Positions 9,369 to 19,231 of a stretch of 64,000 nt of DNA are shown piece after piece (within the stretch, counting starts at the first letter, position 1; every line of letters begins with the position of its first letter). Origin of the DNA: an uncultured bacterium (lineage in GTDB: Bacteria; Fidelibacterota; Marinisomatia; Marinisomatales; UBA1611); contig CAZGFQ010000004.1 of NCBI GenBank assembly GCA_964525185.1, positions 26,890 through 90,889 on the forward strand, in the 5' to 3' direction. Below the pieces are notes generated by a model. That model saw only the letters and a program-made list of their open reading frames with translations. It had not been told where the DNA came from and did no database searches. The position numbers and the translations under genes are program-made.

Positions 9369-11891
9369 TTATTTTTTCTTTTTTTTCGTTTTTCTTTTTT
9401 TCTTACGGGGTGGAGCTAGCCGTTTTTTGTTGATTAATTCCACAGCATCATCCAAAGTCACTGATTCCGGAGTAAAAGTGCGAGGTAATGATGCGTTGAA
9501 TTTACCATCAGTAATGTATGGTCCAAACCTTCCATCTTTCAGTACAAGAGATTCTCCTGTTTCTGGATGATCACCTAAGGCTCTAAGCTCAGAACTTCTT
9601 TTATTGCGATTTGCTAAAAGTTCAACTGCCTTATCTACTGTTATATCCAAAGGAGTTTCGGGGCCTCGTAAACTTGCATTTTGTTTCCCAGCTTTTATAT
9701 AAGGCCCAAATCGACCATAGTCGGCTAAAATAGGTTCACCTGTTTCAGGATGATCGCCAACGGTTCTGGGTAGGGCTAATAATTGTAACCCCAGTTCAAG
9801 TGTAATATTTTCTTGGGATGTGCCTTTTGGGATTGATTTTCTTTTCTTAGATTCGCCCAGCTGAACATAAGGACCATATGGACCCTTTTTTAACCAAATG
9901 GCTTCATTTGATTCTGGGTCTTGGCCTAATTCTCGATCTTCATCAATTGCCATAGAAAATATTTCTTCAATGGCTTCAAGCGTTAAATCTCCTAAATATA
10001 TAGAGTCTGGAATGGATTTTGTATCATCCCCACGCCTAAGGTACGGACCATATCTCCCAATACGCCCTTCTACAGTTTCCGCTAAAGAATCATGCATTGG
10101 GATTGTACACGCTTTGGGAATGTCAATTTTTTCTGCCATCATTTTTTCTAATCCTTGAGATTCATTATCGCCAAAATAAAAAGAATTCATGAATGGAATT
10201 GCTTTTCGTTCTCCTCGGGATATTTCATCTAAATCTTCTTCCATTAATGCAGTAAAAGTTGCATCAACCAAACTGGAAAAATGATTTTCTAATAGTTGTG
10301 TCACAGCTAAACCTAAAAAAGTCGGTGTTAATTTCCCTTTTGCTCTATCCACATAGCCTCTTTTTACAATAGTATCCATAATGGCAGCAAATGTCGATGG
10401 ACGCCCAATACCTTTAGTTTCTAATTCTTTAACTAATGACGCTTCAGTAAATCGAGCGGGCGGTTTTGTAGAGTGAGATTCAGCCGACAAAGATGAACAA
10501 TCGAGAGTTTCACCTTTTTCCAATGAAGGTAATATTCGTTCTTTATTTGCTAAATCCGCATCCGGATTATCTCTTCCTTCAACATAAACGCGCATATAGC
10601 CGGGAAATAAAATAACTTGCCCAGATGCTCTGAATTCAGAATTACCAGCTGAAATGGTTACAGAAGTTTGTTTCAGTTTTGCTGGTGTCATTTGACTTGC
10701 AATTGTTCGTTTCCAGATGAGATCATATAGTTCAGCAGCAACATGGTCTAATGTTTGTTCTACTTCAGACTTTGGACGGAATGCTTTATGGGCTGGACGT
10801 ATTGCTTCATGTGCTTCTTGGGCATTTTTCACATTAGTGGTATAGTGTTTTGCATTCCCGGGCAAATAGTCATTCCCATATTTTTCAGCAATAATGGTAC
10901 GAGCACCCACAAGGGCTTCATCGGATAAATGTGTTGAATCTGTTCTCATATATGTGATAAAACCAGCTTCATACAACATTTGTGCGGTACGCATTGTTTG
11001 CCGCGCGGATAAACGTAATTTTCGAGAAGCTTCCTGTTGAAGTGTGCTTGTGGTGAATGGAGCCTTTGGGTTAGATGTTCGCGGTTTCTCTTCAATAGAT
11101 TTTACGGACCAAGATTCTTTTTCCAGTGATTTCACAAGAGCAGTGGCATCTTTTTCAGACAATAGTACAGCCTTGTTATGTGTCATTTCACCTGTATTAG
11201 CATCAAAGTCTTTACCGGATGCAATTCGTTTTTCATCCACACGAGTTAACGTAGCTTCAAAGGGCGATTTTTCACCTTGCTTTGCTACTTCTGCTTTAAG
11301 GTCGAAATAAGTTGCACGTTTAAATATCATTCTTTTTCTATCTCGATCGATTAAAAGTTTTACTGCAGCAGATTGAACACGCCCAGCTGATAATGCACTT
11401 TTAACAAAGCTCATATTAGATTGTAATGTTTGCCATAAAATGGGAGATATTTTATACCCAACTAGCCGATCAATCACACGCCGTGTTTGTTGTGCCGCAA
11501 TCATGTTTTCATCTAAATCACGGACTTGGTCCATTCCTTCTTTTACACCTGCTTTAGTAATTTCGGTAAATTGAACTCTTTCAACTTTTTCATCTGGAAT
11601 TTCAGTTGCAAGGTGAGATGCTATAGCTTCCCCTTCACGATCCGGATCAGTTGCGATTAAAACACGTGGAGCCACTTTTGCTTTTTTTCGTAATGATTTA
11701 ATGAAGTCTGTCCGATTGGGAAGAACTTTTAACTTTATATTAAAATCATTTTCAATATCGATTGCTAATTCTTTTCGCGGCAAATCTTTTACATGCCCTA
11801 CGCAGGCAATGACTTCATATTCACCCCCGAGATATTTTTCTATAGTACGTGCTTTAGAAGGGGACTCTACAATTAATAATGGTTTACTCAT
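9369..11891 (-). CDS. topA: DNA topoisomerase I
   Basis: 840 aa. Toprim N-terminus LLIVESPSKARTIEKYLG, DPDREGEAI, active-site Tyr region ITYMRTDS. C-terminal GR(F/Y)GPY repeats and a KKKRKTKKKKK tail. Confidence 0.95.
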   Translation of the reverse strand: MSKPLLIVESPSKARTIEKYLGGEYEVIACVGHVKDLPRKELAIDIENDFNIKLKVLPNRTDFIKSLRKKAKVAPRVLIATDPDREGEAIASHLATEIPDEKVERVQFTEITKAGVKEGMDQVRDLDENMIAAQQTRRVIDRLVGYKISPILWQTLQSNMSFVKSALSAGRVQSAAVKLLIDRDRKRMIFKRATYFDLKAEVAKQGEKSPFEATLTRVDEKRIASGKDFDANTGEMTHNKAVLLSEKDATALVKSLEKESWSVKSIEEKPRTSNPKAPFTTSTLQQEASRKLRLSARQTMRTAQMLYEAGFITYMRTDSTHLSDEALVGARTIIAEKYGNDYLPGNAKHYTTNVKNAQEAHEAIRPAHKAFRPKSEVEQTLDHVAAELYDLIWKRTIASQMTPAKLKQTSVTISAGNSEFRASGQVILFPGYMRVYVEGRDNPDADLANKERILPSLEKGETLDCSSLSAESHSTKPPARFTEASLVKELETKGIGRPSTFAAIMDTIVKRGYVDRAKGKLTPTFLGLAVTQLLENHFSSLVDATFTALMEEDLDEISRGERKAIPFMNSFYFGDNESQGLEKMMAEKIDIPKACTIPMHDSLAETVEGRIGRYGPYLRRGDDTKSIPDSIYLGDLTLEAIEEIFSMAIDEDRELGQDPESNEAIWLKKGPYGPYVQLGESKKRKSIPKGTSQENITLELGLQLLALPRTVGDHPETGEPILADYGRFGPYIKAGKQNASLRGPETPLDITVDKAVELLANRNKRSSELRALGDHPETGESLVLKDGRFGPYITDGKFNASLPRTFTPESVTLDDAVELINKKRLAPPRKKKRKTKKKKK

Positions 11892-11963
11892 TTTTATCCA
11901 GACTATTTAGTGGTTTCAAATCGGCGTTTTCACGCCCGCGTATATAATATATAGTGAAAAAAA

Positions 11964-13229
11964 TCAGATTGTCAAATCATTGATATTTTTTTCTATATTT
12001 AAAATTGAAACGGTTTCCTGATTTCCTTCTTTTAAATTTTTAATTACAACTGTTTTATTCTGAATTTCGTTTTCACCTAGAATAAAAGCGTGGGTTGCTC
12101 CAGATCGATTCGCTTCACGCATTTGTGCTTTCATACTTCTACGAAGCGTTTCCATTTTTACACTTTTTCCATTCTGTCGCATTTGGTTTGCTATATCGAT
12201 AGAGGTAGAAAGGCCGCTCTCATCTAAACAAACCATATATATATCTGTAGAATCGTGTGATTCAAATGAATTTTCCGTTTCAATTGCTAATAATATGCGT
12301 TCCATTCCAGCTGCAAATCCAATGGCTGGTGTAGATTTTCCGCCGAGCGTTTCCACTAATTTATCATATCGCCCACCACCCAAAAGGGCATCCTGAGCGC
12401 CAAGAGCAGAAGAAGTAATTTCAAAAGTAGTTCGAGTGTAATAATCCAAGCCACGAACCATTGTCGGGTCACACGTAAAAGGAATATTTAATTGGTTTAA
12501 AAAAGTTTGTACAGAATTAAAATGTGCTTGATCTTCATCGGTAAGAAAATCTGTAATATTTGGGGCATTTTTAATAATGTTAATTTCATGAGGTGCTTTT
12601 GTATCTAAAATCCGAAGTGGATTACTTTCAAATCGTTTTTGACTGGTTTCAGATAATTCATTATAAAATGGTTTTAAAAATGTTTGTAACGCATTTCGGT
12701 AATGTGCTCTACATTCAGGTGAACCTATACTATTCAGTTTTAGATTTAAGTTTGTTAAACCTAATTGAGTTAAGAGTGAATATGCGAGAGATATAACTTC
12801 TGCATCCTGCTCAGCGTGTGGAGAGCCAAAAGCTTCAATACCACATTGATGAAATTGTCTTTGCCGGCCTTTTTGGGGGCGTTCTCTTCGAAATAAGGGA
12901 CCAATATAAAATAATCTTTGTAATGGTGATTTTCCGCCTAAATTATTTTGAACAAAAGATCGAACAACTGGCGCAGTTAATTCTGGCCGAAGCGTAAGGG
13001 ACGATCCATCTCTATCTTCCCAACTGTACATTTCTTTAGATACAATATCCGTATCTTCCCCAACACTTCGTGAGAATAACCCAGTTTTTTCAAAGATGGG
13101 TGTTCTTATTTCTTCATACCCAAACTGATGAGTTATTTTTCGAATAGTAGATTCTAATTGTTGCCACTTTTTTGAATCTTCAGGTAGAATATCGTGAGTT
13201 CCTTTGATGGAACGGATGGTATTACTCAT
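11964..13229 (-). CDS. hisS: Histidine--tRNA ligase
   Basis: 421 aa. Class II HisRS motifs RPELTAPVVR, FRRERPQKGRQRQFHQ, GGGRYD. Confidence 0.95.
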   Translation of the reverse strand: MSNTIRSIKGTHDILPEDSKKWQQLESTIRKITHQFGYEEIRTPIFEKTGLFSRSVGEDTDIVSKEMYSWEDRDGSSLTLRPELTAPVVRSFVQNNLGGKSPLQRLFYIGPLFRRERPQKGRQRQFHQCGIEAFGSPHAEQDAEVISLAYSLLTQLGLTNLNLKLNSIGSPECRAHYRNALQTFLKPFYNELSETSQKRFESNPLRILDTKAPHEINIIKNAPNITDFLTDEDQAHFNSVQTFLNQLNIPFTCDPTMVRGLDYYTRTTFEITSSALGAQDALLGGGRYDKLVETLGGKSTPAIGFAAGMERILLAIETENSFESHDSTDIYMVCLDESGLSTSIDIANQMRQNGKSVKMETLRRSMKAQMREANRSGATHAFILGENEIQNKTVVIKNLKEGNQETVSILNIEKNINDLTI

Positions 13230-13560
13230 TATTAGAACCTGCGATGCTTCCTATAAGTGTAATAGCTTTTTCTCTCAATTCATCTGGTACAAAAATACGC
13301 GTTATTCCTGGCATGGATGTTCCTTCGATACTAAATGTTGTTGATAAAACATCCGATTTAATAAAATATGGGATATTTTCTTTTGCAAGTATTTCACCTG
13401 CCATTTCTGCAAATACGATTCCATCAAATGGAGGTAGAGAATCCCATTTAATATTTTCTAATGGCAATTCTAAAGCCATTGCATCAACCAATGTAACTTT
13501 ACAATCAGCGCACTGAGTTATACCTGCTTTATATTCAGATTGACATTCAGGACAAATCAT
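13222..13560 (-). CDS. Small zinc-ribbon protein (CxxC..CxxC), possibly DUF2007-like
   Basis: 112 aa. N-terminal MICPECQSEYKAGITQCADCKV. Overlaps the hisS start by 8 nt, suggesting an operon. Confidence 0.55.
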   Translation of the reverse strand: MICPECQSEYKAGITQCADCKVTLVDAMALELPLENIKWDSLPPFDGIVFAEMAGEILAKENIPYFIKSDVLSTTFSIEGTSMPGITRIFVPDELREKAITLIGSIAGSNNE

Positions 13561-13621
13561 TTTAACCTCATAATTAGGCTAGGAATTTCTTACATCTTAC
13601 CCTTAGGATGTTAGACAAATT

Positions 13622-14296
13622 TTAAGTATGTGTTACAGAACAACTTTTTCGCCAATTTTTATACCATTTAGCAAATTTAAACCAGTGCCAATAGGAATCA
13701 ATTTCCATTGCATCAAAAATTTTCCTTTGATAGTCCAACGCTTGATCAGCGGACATACGATATGTACGTCTTGGATCCCCATGTAACCCATTAATTACGA
13801 GCCATTGTCCTTTTACATATACAAGTGTGTGTTTAGAAGCATCTTCTTGAGTTGGGCTTAATAAATATACATGAATGAGGTCTTCAACACCAGCCAGTTT
13901 CCGCCTCCAATTTATAGCTAAAACGGGTGTTTGAAGCGTAACCCGAGTCATGGGTGTAAATAAAACATTTACAATATGCCAAGACTCATTCGTGCTGATT
14001 TTTCCATCCTGAGCATGGGAAATCATATTTTGAATATTTTGGAGTTTTACAGGAACAATAAAATCAACGTCTGGTTCGATTGTTTCTCTAAGTGCAATTC
14101 TATCCCCCAAATGATCTACCGTAAAAGATTCACCTGTTTCTTCCACGCGAACACCGATTTTATTAAAGACACCATCGAAATAATCAACTATATTTTCAGT
14201 TTGAAAAATATTTCGCCAGGCTTCTATAGATTGTGATGAAGTTTGGCTGTGGACAATATTTGTGATTAAAATAATTGTAAGTGTTAAATGTTTCAT
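13622..14296 (-). CDS. Hypothetical exported protein
   Basis: 224-aa ORF with an N-terminal signal-like segment MKHLTLTIILITNIVHSQ. No recognisable family. Confidence 0.55.
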   Translation of the reverse strand: MKHLTLTIILITNIVHSQTSSQSIEAWRNIFQTENIVDYFDGVFNKIGVRVEETGESFTVDHLGDRIALRETIEPDVDFIVPVKLQNIQNMISHAQDGKISTNESWHIVNVLFTPMTRVTLQTPVLAINWRRKLAGVEDLIHVYLLSPTQEDASKHTLVYVKGQWLVINGLHGDPRRTYRMSADQALDYQRKIFDAMEIDSYWHWFKFAKWYKNWRKSCSVTHT

Positions 14297-14314
14297 AATA
14301 TTTATCCCTTATCC

Positions 14315-14755
14315 TTACTTAATAGATGCCATGCATTCTATTTCTACTTTGGCGTCGATAGCTAATTCGCTCCCGCCAAAAGCAGAGCGAGCGGGCTTAT
14401 GGTTGGGGAAATATTTTATATATTCCGCATTCATGGCTGGCCACTCTCTAATATCCTCCAGCATGCAAAGACATTTCACAACTTCATCCAAAGATGAACC
14501 ATTTCTCTCAAGGATTGCTTTAATATTTTCCATAACCTGACGAGTTTCAGGACCAATACCACCTTCAACTACGTTCAAGGTACCGGGAGTATTCCCTACT
14601 TGTCCAGAAAGATAAAGCATATCCCCAACGCGTACTGCTTCAGAAAATGGTAACCCTAGTTTCGTATGAGCATCAGTTTGGAGATATTCAACTTTTGGTT
14701 GCTGCTGACAGCTGATAGTAAGAAATAATGCAAAATACAGCATTCGATGATTCAT
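14315..14755 (-). CDS. RidA/YjgF-family protein with lipoprotein-type signal
   Basis: 146 aa. YjgF/RidA-like core (LYLSGQVG.., PARSAFGGSEL.., VEIECMA) preceded by LFLTISC (lipobox-like). Strong SD aaggagg. Confidence 0.8.
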   Translation of the reverse strand: MNHRMLYFALFLTISCQQQPKVEYLQTDAHTKLGLPFSEAVRVGDMLYLSGQVGNTPGTLNVVEGGIGPETRQVMENIKAILERNGSSLDEVVKCLCMLEDIREWPAMNAEYIKYFPNHKPARSAFGGSELAIDAKVEIECMASIK

Positions 14756-15022
14756 GGTCGCCTCCTTAGGTTTAATTGAATTTGCACGTTTTTAAATTAA
14801 AAGTCAAAGATGACTATCTTTTTAAGTTTAGATAGCGAAAACCATGTCGCTTTCTGATTCACTCATATTAATACCAGACAATTCTCCAGCTTTATCCTCT
14901 GACGGAACTATGTATTTATCAATTTATGATAATCCTTTTAATCAAATTATTGGTATACAGTAATATATAATAAGAATTTCTAAGACTTGGTGCCAAACAG
15001 GAAACTCGGTATCTTTAAGACT

Positions 15023-16222
15023 ATGAAATTTCTAAGAATTTTTATACTTCCTGCTCTACTTGTTACTGGTTTATTCAGCCAATCGGGCACCAGAGACTTT
15101 GAAGACGAATTAAAGTTTCAGAACACAGCCATCAATCAACTCAAAAAAGAGATTGATCGACTTCATTCTAAAATTCGCTCAACCGATAAAAAAATGCAAA
15201 CGGCTGCATCTCGTTTAACCAATCTTGATGAAGAATTAGCTTTAATTAATAAGTTAATCAATCAACTTAAAACACAAGAAGAAAAAACGCGATCAAAAAT
15301 TGATATTACTAAAAAAGATATTGATGCCAGTGAAATAGAATTGCAAAATCTCCGGGAAAGATATGCAAAACGAATTCAAAGTACGTATAAACGGGGGCAA
15401 CTTTCGAGTCTAGAAAAAGTATTTAGTTCTGCAACATGGAGACAAGCAGTTTATCGATCTGAGTATCTTGATATTATTTCTGAAATAGAAACAAAAATGG
15501 CCAAACGAATTAATACGCTTATTATTGATATTAGCAGACAGAAATTAGAACTTGAGATTTCATTACGAGAAAACTTGAAATTAACGCAAGAGAAAGAATC
15601 TCAACAAAAACAGATTCGAAATACAAAAATCAGAAGAGAAAAAGAATTATATAGCCTACGTAAAGATAAAAAAGCACTCGCCAGTTATATAGATGAGAAG
15701 AAAGCGGGTCTCAAGCAGATGGAAACACTCATTAAAACAATTTTGGAAGATAAAGCACGTTTTGAGAGGGAAGAGCGTATTCGTCGGCAACAAAAAGCAT
15801 TAAAGACAAAAGAATTTAAAACACTTAAAACTCGGCTACCTTGGCCGGCAGAAGGTCGAATTATTGCAAAATTTGGTCGCCAATGGAATCCAAAATTAAA
15901 AACAACAACTGAAAATCCTGGGATTGATATCAAAGGGAAACCCGGCTCACCTATTCGCCCTGTAATGAATGGTGTCGTAACCACCATTACGTATATTCGC
16001 GGTTATGGAACAACCATCATTATAGATCATGGTAGCGGTTTTTATACTGTATATTCCCATGTAACCAATATTCAAACACATGTTGATAGTGAGGTAAGAA
16101 CAGGAGATGTGATTGCCTACATGGGTGATTCTGGGTCCATCAATGGATCAAAGTTGCATTTTGAAATTTGGGGAAAAGGTCAAAAGTTAGACCCGGAAAA
16201 ATGGTTAGCGAAGAAACAGTAA
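15023..16222 (+). CDS. EnvC-like coiled-coil protein with degenerate LytM/M23 domain
   Basis: Signal peptide, about 250 aa of charged coiled coil, then a C-terminal M23 domain (GIDIKG, IIIDHGSGFYTVYSH, LHFEIW). The first His of HxxxD (NPGID) and of HxH (KLH) are missing, as in EnvC-type activators. Start set at ATG 15023. Confidence 0.8.
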   Translation: MKFLRIFILPALLVTGLFSQSGTRDFEDELKFQNTAINQLKKEIDRLHSKIRSTDKKMQTAASRLTNLDEELALINKLINQLKTQEEKTRSKIDITKKDIDASEIELQNLRERYAKRIQSTYKRGQLSSLEKVFSSATWRQAVYRSEYLDIISEIETKMAKRINTLIIDISRQKLELEISLRENLKLTQEKESQQKQIRNTKIRREKELYSLRKDKKALASYIDEKKAGLKQMETLIKTILEDKARFEREERIRRQQKALKTKEFKTLKTRLPWPAEGRIIAKFGRQWNPKLKTTTENPGIDIKGKPGSPIRPVMNGVVTTITYIRGYGTTIIIDHGSGFYTVYSHVTNIQTHVDSEVRTGDVIAYMGDSGSINGSKLHFEIWGKGQKLDPEKWLAKKQ

Positions 16223-17346
16223 TATCTTCTATATTACATTATCAACCGAATGTTTGGAGCCAACTAACTAAAATTGCTCAATCGGGGTTGGTTGGAAATG
16301 GATATATTTTTTCCGGACCGACAGGCTGCGGTAAGGAAGGATTAGCTCTTTTATTTTCACAATTATTAAACTGTGAAAGTCCAAAAGAAGATGTCTGTGG
16401 CTCTTGTCCATCCTGCTTTAGGTTTCATGGATTACAAAATGAAAAACTAAAATTGGTTGTTCCTCTTCCCGCACCCAAATCAAAGTCATTAAACGGGGAA
16501 GAAAATTCATCAATGAGTAAGGGTGATATAGATTTATTGACAGAATCTATTCAAAATAAATCAAAAGACCCCTTTTATAAAATAAGTATCCCAAGAGCGT
16601 CTCGAATTCTTATTCAATCTATTCGTGAATTAAGAAAATCATTGTATCTGAAAGGAAGTCCGTCTGGGAGAAAAGTGGTTATTATTTTTGATGCACATTT
16701 GCTTTCAGTTGGTCAAGGTGAAGCTGCAAATGCTTTATTAAAAATATTAGAAGAACCACCAGAAAACACCACCCTTATCTTAGTGACTGACCACCAGTCT
16801 TTGTTATTACCAACAATTTTATCCCGCTGTCAGCTCATTCAATTTCCTCCCTTATCCGATGCGAATGTAGACCATTGGTTGGCAGGACAGGGAGAAACTG
16901 AAAATGCTGCTTATATTTCAGGATTAAGTAAAGGGAATATTCATAGAGCGCGAAAATTATTAAATAAATCTTTGTCAGATTTAACTCATGAAATTGAATC
17001 CTTTATCAAAAAAATAACATCAACCGAACCAAATGTATGGCGCAATTTCACGCAAGATTATGGACGATTGGCTTTCCAAAATCCAAATGAATTAAAATTT
17101 CAATTTCAAATGGCATCATTATGGATTCATGGTGCTTATCATTTAAGAAATAAAATAACTTTACCGATCCACAATACGGAACTAAAGCAAGGAATGGAAA
17201 TATTTAATAAACAATATCCTTTTAGCGATTTACAAGGAATAGTTCTTTTATTAGATAGCGTGACAGAATCCATGGCAATGAATTTTCACATGCCCTTAAT
17301 TTTGATCAACTTATTATTAGATATTCAGAAGAAATTAAACACATGA
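16201..17346 (+). CDS. holB: DNA polymerase III delta' subunit
   Basis: Clamp-loader AAA+ features: GPTGCGKEGLAL, Zn module CGSCPSCFRF, ILSRCQLIQF. Start set at ATG 16201. Stop TGA 17344-17346 overlaps the metG ATG. Confidence 0.85.
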   Translation: MVSEETVISSILHYQPNVWSQLTKIAQSGLVGNGYIFSGPTGCGKEGLALLFSQLLNCESPKEDVCGSCPSCFRFHGLQNEKLKLVVPLPAPKSKSLNGEENSSMSKGDIDLLTESIQNKSKDPFYKISIPRASRILIQSIRELRKSLYLKGSPSGRKVVIIFDAHLLSVGQGEAANALLKILEEPPENTTLILVTDHQSLLLPTILSRCQLIQFPPLSDANVDHWLAGQGETENAAYISGLSKGNIHRARKLLNKSLSDLTHEIESFIKKITSTEPNVWRNFTQDYGRLAFQNPNELKFQFQMASLWIHGAYHLRNKITLPIHNTELKQGMEIFNKQYPFSDLQGIVLLLDSVTESMAMNFHMPLILINLLLDIQKKLNT

Positions 17347-18845
17347 ACAAAAAATTTTATATTACTACACCCATATATTATGTGAATGATAAACCACATA
17401 TTGGCCATGCATATACCACAATATTGGCTGATGTATTATCTCGATTTCACCGCAGAGCAAACGATGAAACCTTTTTTTTAACAGGATTGGATGAGCATGG
17501 GCAAAAAGTAGAACAAGCAGCCGAAAAACGAAATGTTGACCCCCAAAACCATTGCGATGAAATGGCACCCCGATTTACAGATTTATGGGAACAATTGCAT
17601 ATTTCTAATGATGATTTTATTCGAACAACTGAAGAAAGGCATAAAAAAGTTGTCCAAAATATTTTACAGAAAGTTTGGGATACCGGTGATATTTATGAAG
17701 CTGAATATGAAGGATTATATTCTGTGTCAGAAGAACGTTTTGTTACAGAAAAAGAAGTAGAATCTGGCGATTATAGAGATATTCAAACATTAAAGGAAAA
17801 AAATTATTTTTTCAAAATGAGCAAGTACCAGCAAGCTCTTATTGATCATATTGAATCCAATAATGACTTTGTTCGTCCTAAACATCGAAAAAATGAAATT
17901 CTTGGGTTTCTTAGGCAACCCCTTTCAGATTTATGTATTTCTCGTCCTAAATCTCGCATGAGTTGGGGAATTGATCTGCCATTTGATAATAATTATGTTA
18001 CATACGTGTGGTTCGATGCGCTTATAAATTATATTACAGCTGTTGGATATGGCAGTGACGAAAAGTCTTTTGCTAAATGGTGGCCAGCAAATATGCATCT
18101 TATCGGGAAAGATATTTTAACAACACATGCAGTTTATTGGCCCACGATGCTTATGTCAGCGGGCATTGATTTGCCACAAACTATTTTTGCTCATGGCTGG
18201 TGGCTTATGGGTGATTCCAAAATGAGTAAATCTTTAGGAAACGTTATTAACCCTATGGATTTGATTGAAGATTATGGCGTAGATCCAGTACGATACTATC
18301 TCATGAGGGAAATGGTTTTGGGGCAAGACGCCAATTTTACTATGGAATCATTTATTAATCGATATAATGCAGATTTAGCGAATGATTTGGGCAATTTGTT
18401 AAGTAGGGTTTCAAACCTAATTGTGAAAAATTATGATGGAAAAGTACCTGATCCGGGTGAATTTACATCTCAAGAAGCAAGTATGATAAAAACAGCTAAT
18501 GAATTATCGAATATCATATCTGAAAAAATAGATGATATGAAAATCCATGATGCTGTTGAGGAAACATTTCAATTTGTTCGAAGTGTTAATCGTTATTTAG
18601 AAGAAACAGCTCCATGGAAGTTGGTAAAAAAAGATAAAGCTGCAGCAGCGCGAGTATTATATTCAGCAGCAGAAGCGTTACGTATTGCTGCTGTTATTTT
18701 AGAACCGATTATGCCTAATAGAATGGTTGATTTACTCAATGCATTAGGAACAAATAATACAAATATTTTCTGGGGTGAATTACAAGTAGGGTCTGAAATA
18801 ACAAAAGGGGAACCCCTTTTTCCACGTATTCAAATCAAAGATTAA
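17343..18845 (+). CDS. metG: Methionine--tRNA ligase (short form)
   Basis: 500 aa. HIGH (PHIGHAYT) and KMSKS motifs present. Confidence 0.95.
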   Translation: MNKKFYITTPIYYVNDKPHIGHAYTTILADVLSRFHRRANDETFFLTGLDEHGQKVEQAAEKRNVDPQNHCDEMAPRFTDLWEQLHISNDDFIRTTEERHKKVVQNILQKVWDTGDIYEAEYEGLYSVSEERFVTEKEVESGDYRDIQTLKEKNYFFKMSKYQQALIDHIESNNDFVRPKHRKNEILGFLRQPLSDLCISRPKSRMSWGIDLPFDNNYVTYVWFDALINYITAVGYGSDEKSFAKWWPANMHLIGKDILTTHAVYWPTMLMSAGIDLPQTIFAHGWWLMGDSKMSKSLGNVINPMDLIEDYGVDPVRYYLMREMVLGQDANFTMESFINRYNADLANDLGNLLSRVSNLIVKNYDGKVPDPGEFTSQEASMIKTANELSNIISEKIDDMKIHDAVEETFQFVRSVNRYLEETAPWKLVKKDKAAAARVLYSAAEALRIAAVILEPIMPNRMVDLLNALGTNNTNIFWGELQVGSEITKGEPLFPRIQIKD

Positions 18846-18948
18846 CAATTATTTTACGTTTGGCTAAAAAAAGATTTGGAACCGTCTCTATCTATGCTGT
18901 ATTATTTCCGCCATATTATTCAACGAAGAATAATAAACTTAAAGAAAA

Positions 18949-19092
18949 ATGATATTAAATAATTACAAACAATCAAGCGTCGCCACTGATTTACCAATCA
19001 GCCAAACAATTGATTTATATCTATTTTCTTTAGTGAATATTTCGCTACTGCTTAATATTCTAGTCCTTATTATTATTGGACTCGTCGTCTAA
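18949..19092 (+). promoter_or_regulatory. Candidate ilv-leu leader peptide ORF (47 codons; 16 of the last 20 are Ile/Leu/Val)
   Basis: ATG 18949 to TAA 19090-19092 encodes MILNNYKQSSVATDLPISQTIDLYLFSLVNISLLLNILVLIIIGLVV. It is too short for the ORF track and lies 139 nt upstream of ilvD. The last codons (ctcgtcgtc, 19081-19089) are complementary to gacgacggg at 19131-19139. Confidence 0.5.
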
Positions 19093-19231
19093 GTCGCCTT
19101 TACGAATATAAAATTCAAACAGGCAAACAGGACGACGGGACAATCATTCCCTTAAATCTACCTACACCTGTTTTAATCAAATATTTGTATAGTCATTATT
19201 AGGATGGCATTATCTAAATAAGAGAAAAATT

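Noticed and set aside
14814-14851. Two adjacent small hairpins (ctatct/agatag and agcga/tcgct) in the divergent ridA/envC-like intergenic region. A possible ncRNA in the 267-nt gap was also considered.
   Set aside because: The stems are only 5-6 bp and AT-rich. They match no known RNA family motif I checked by eye (for example SRP or 6S), so this is indistinguishable from background.
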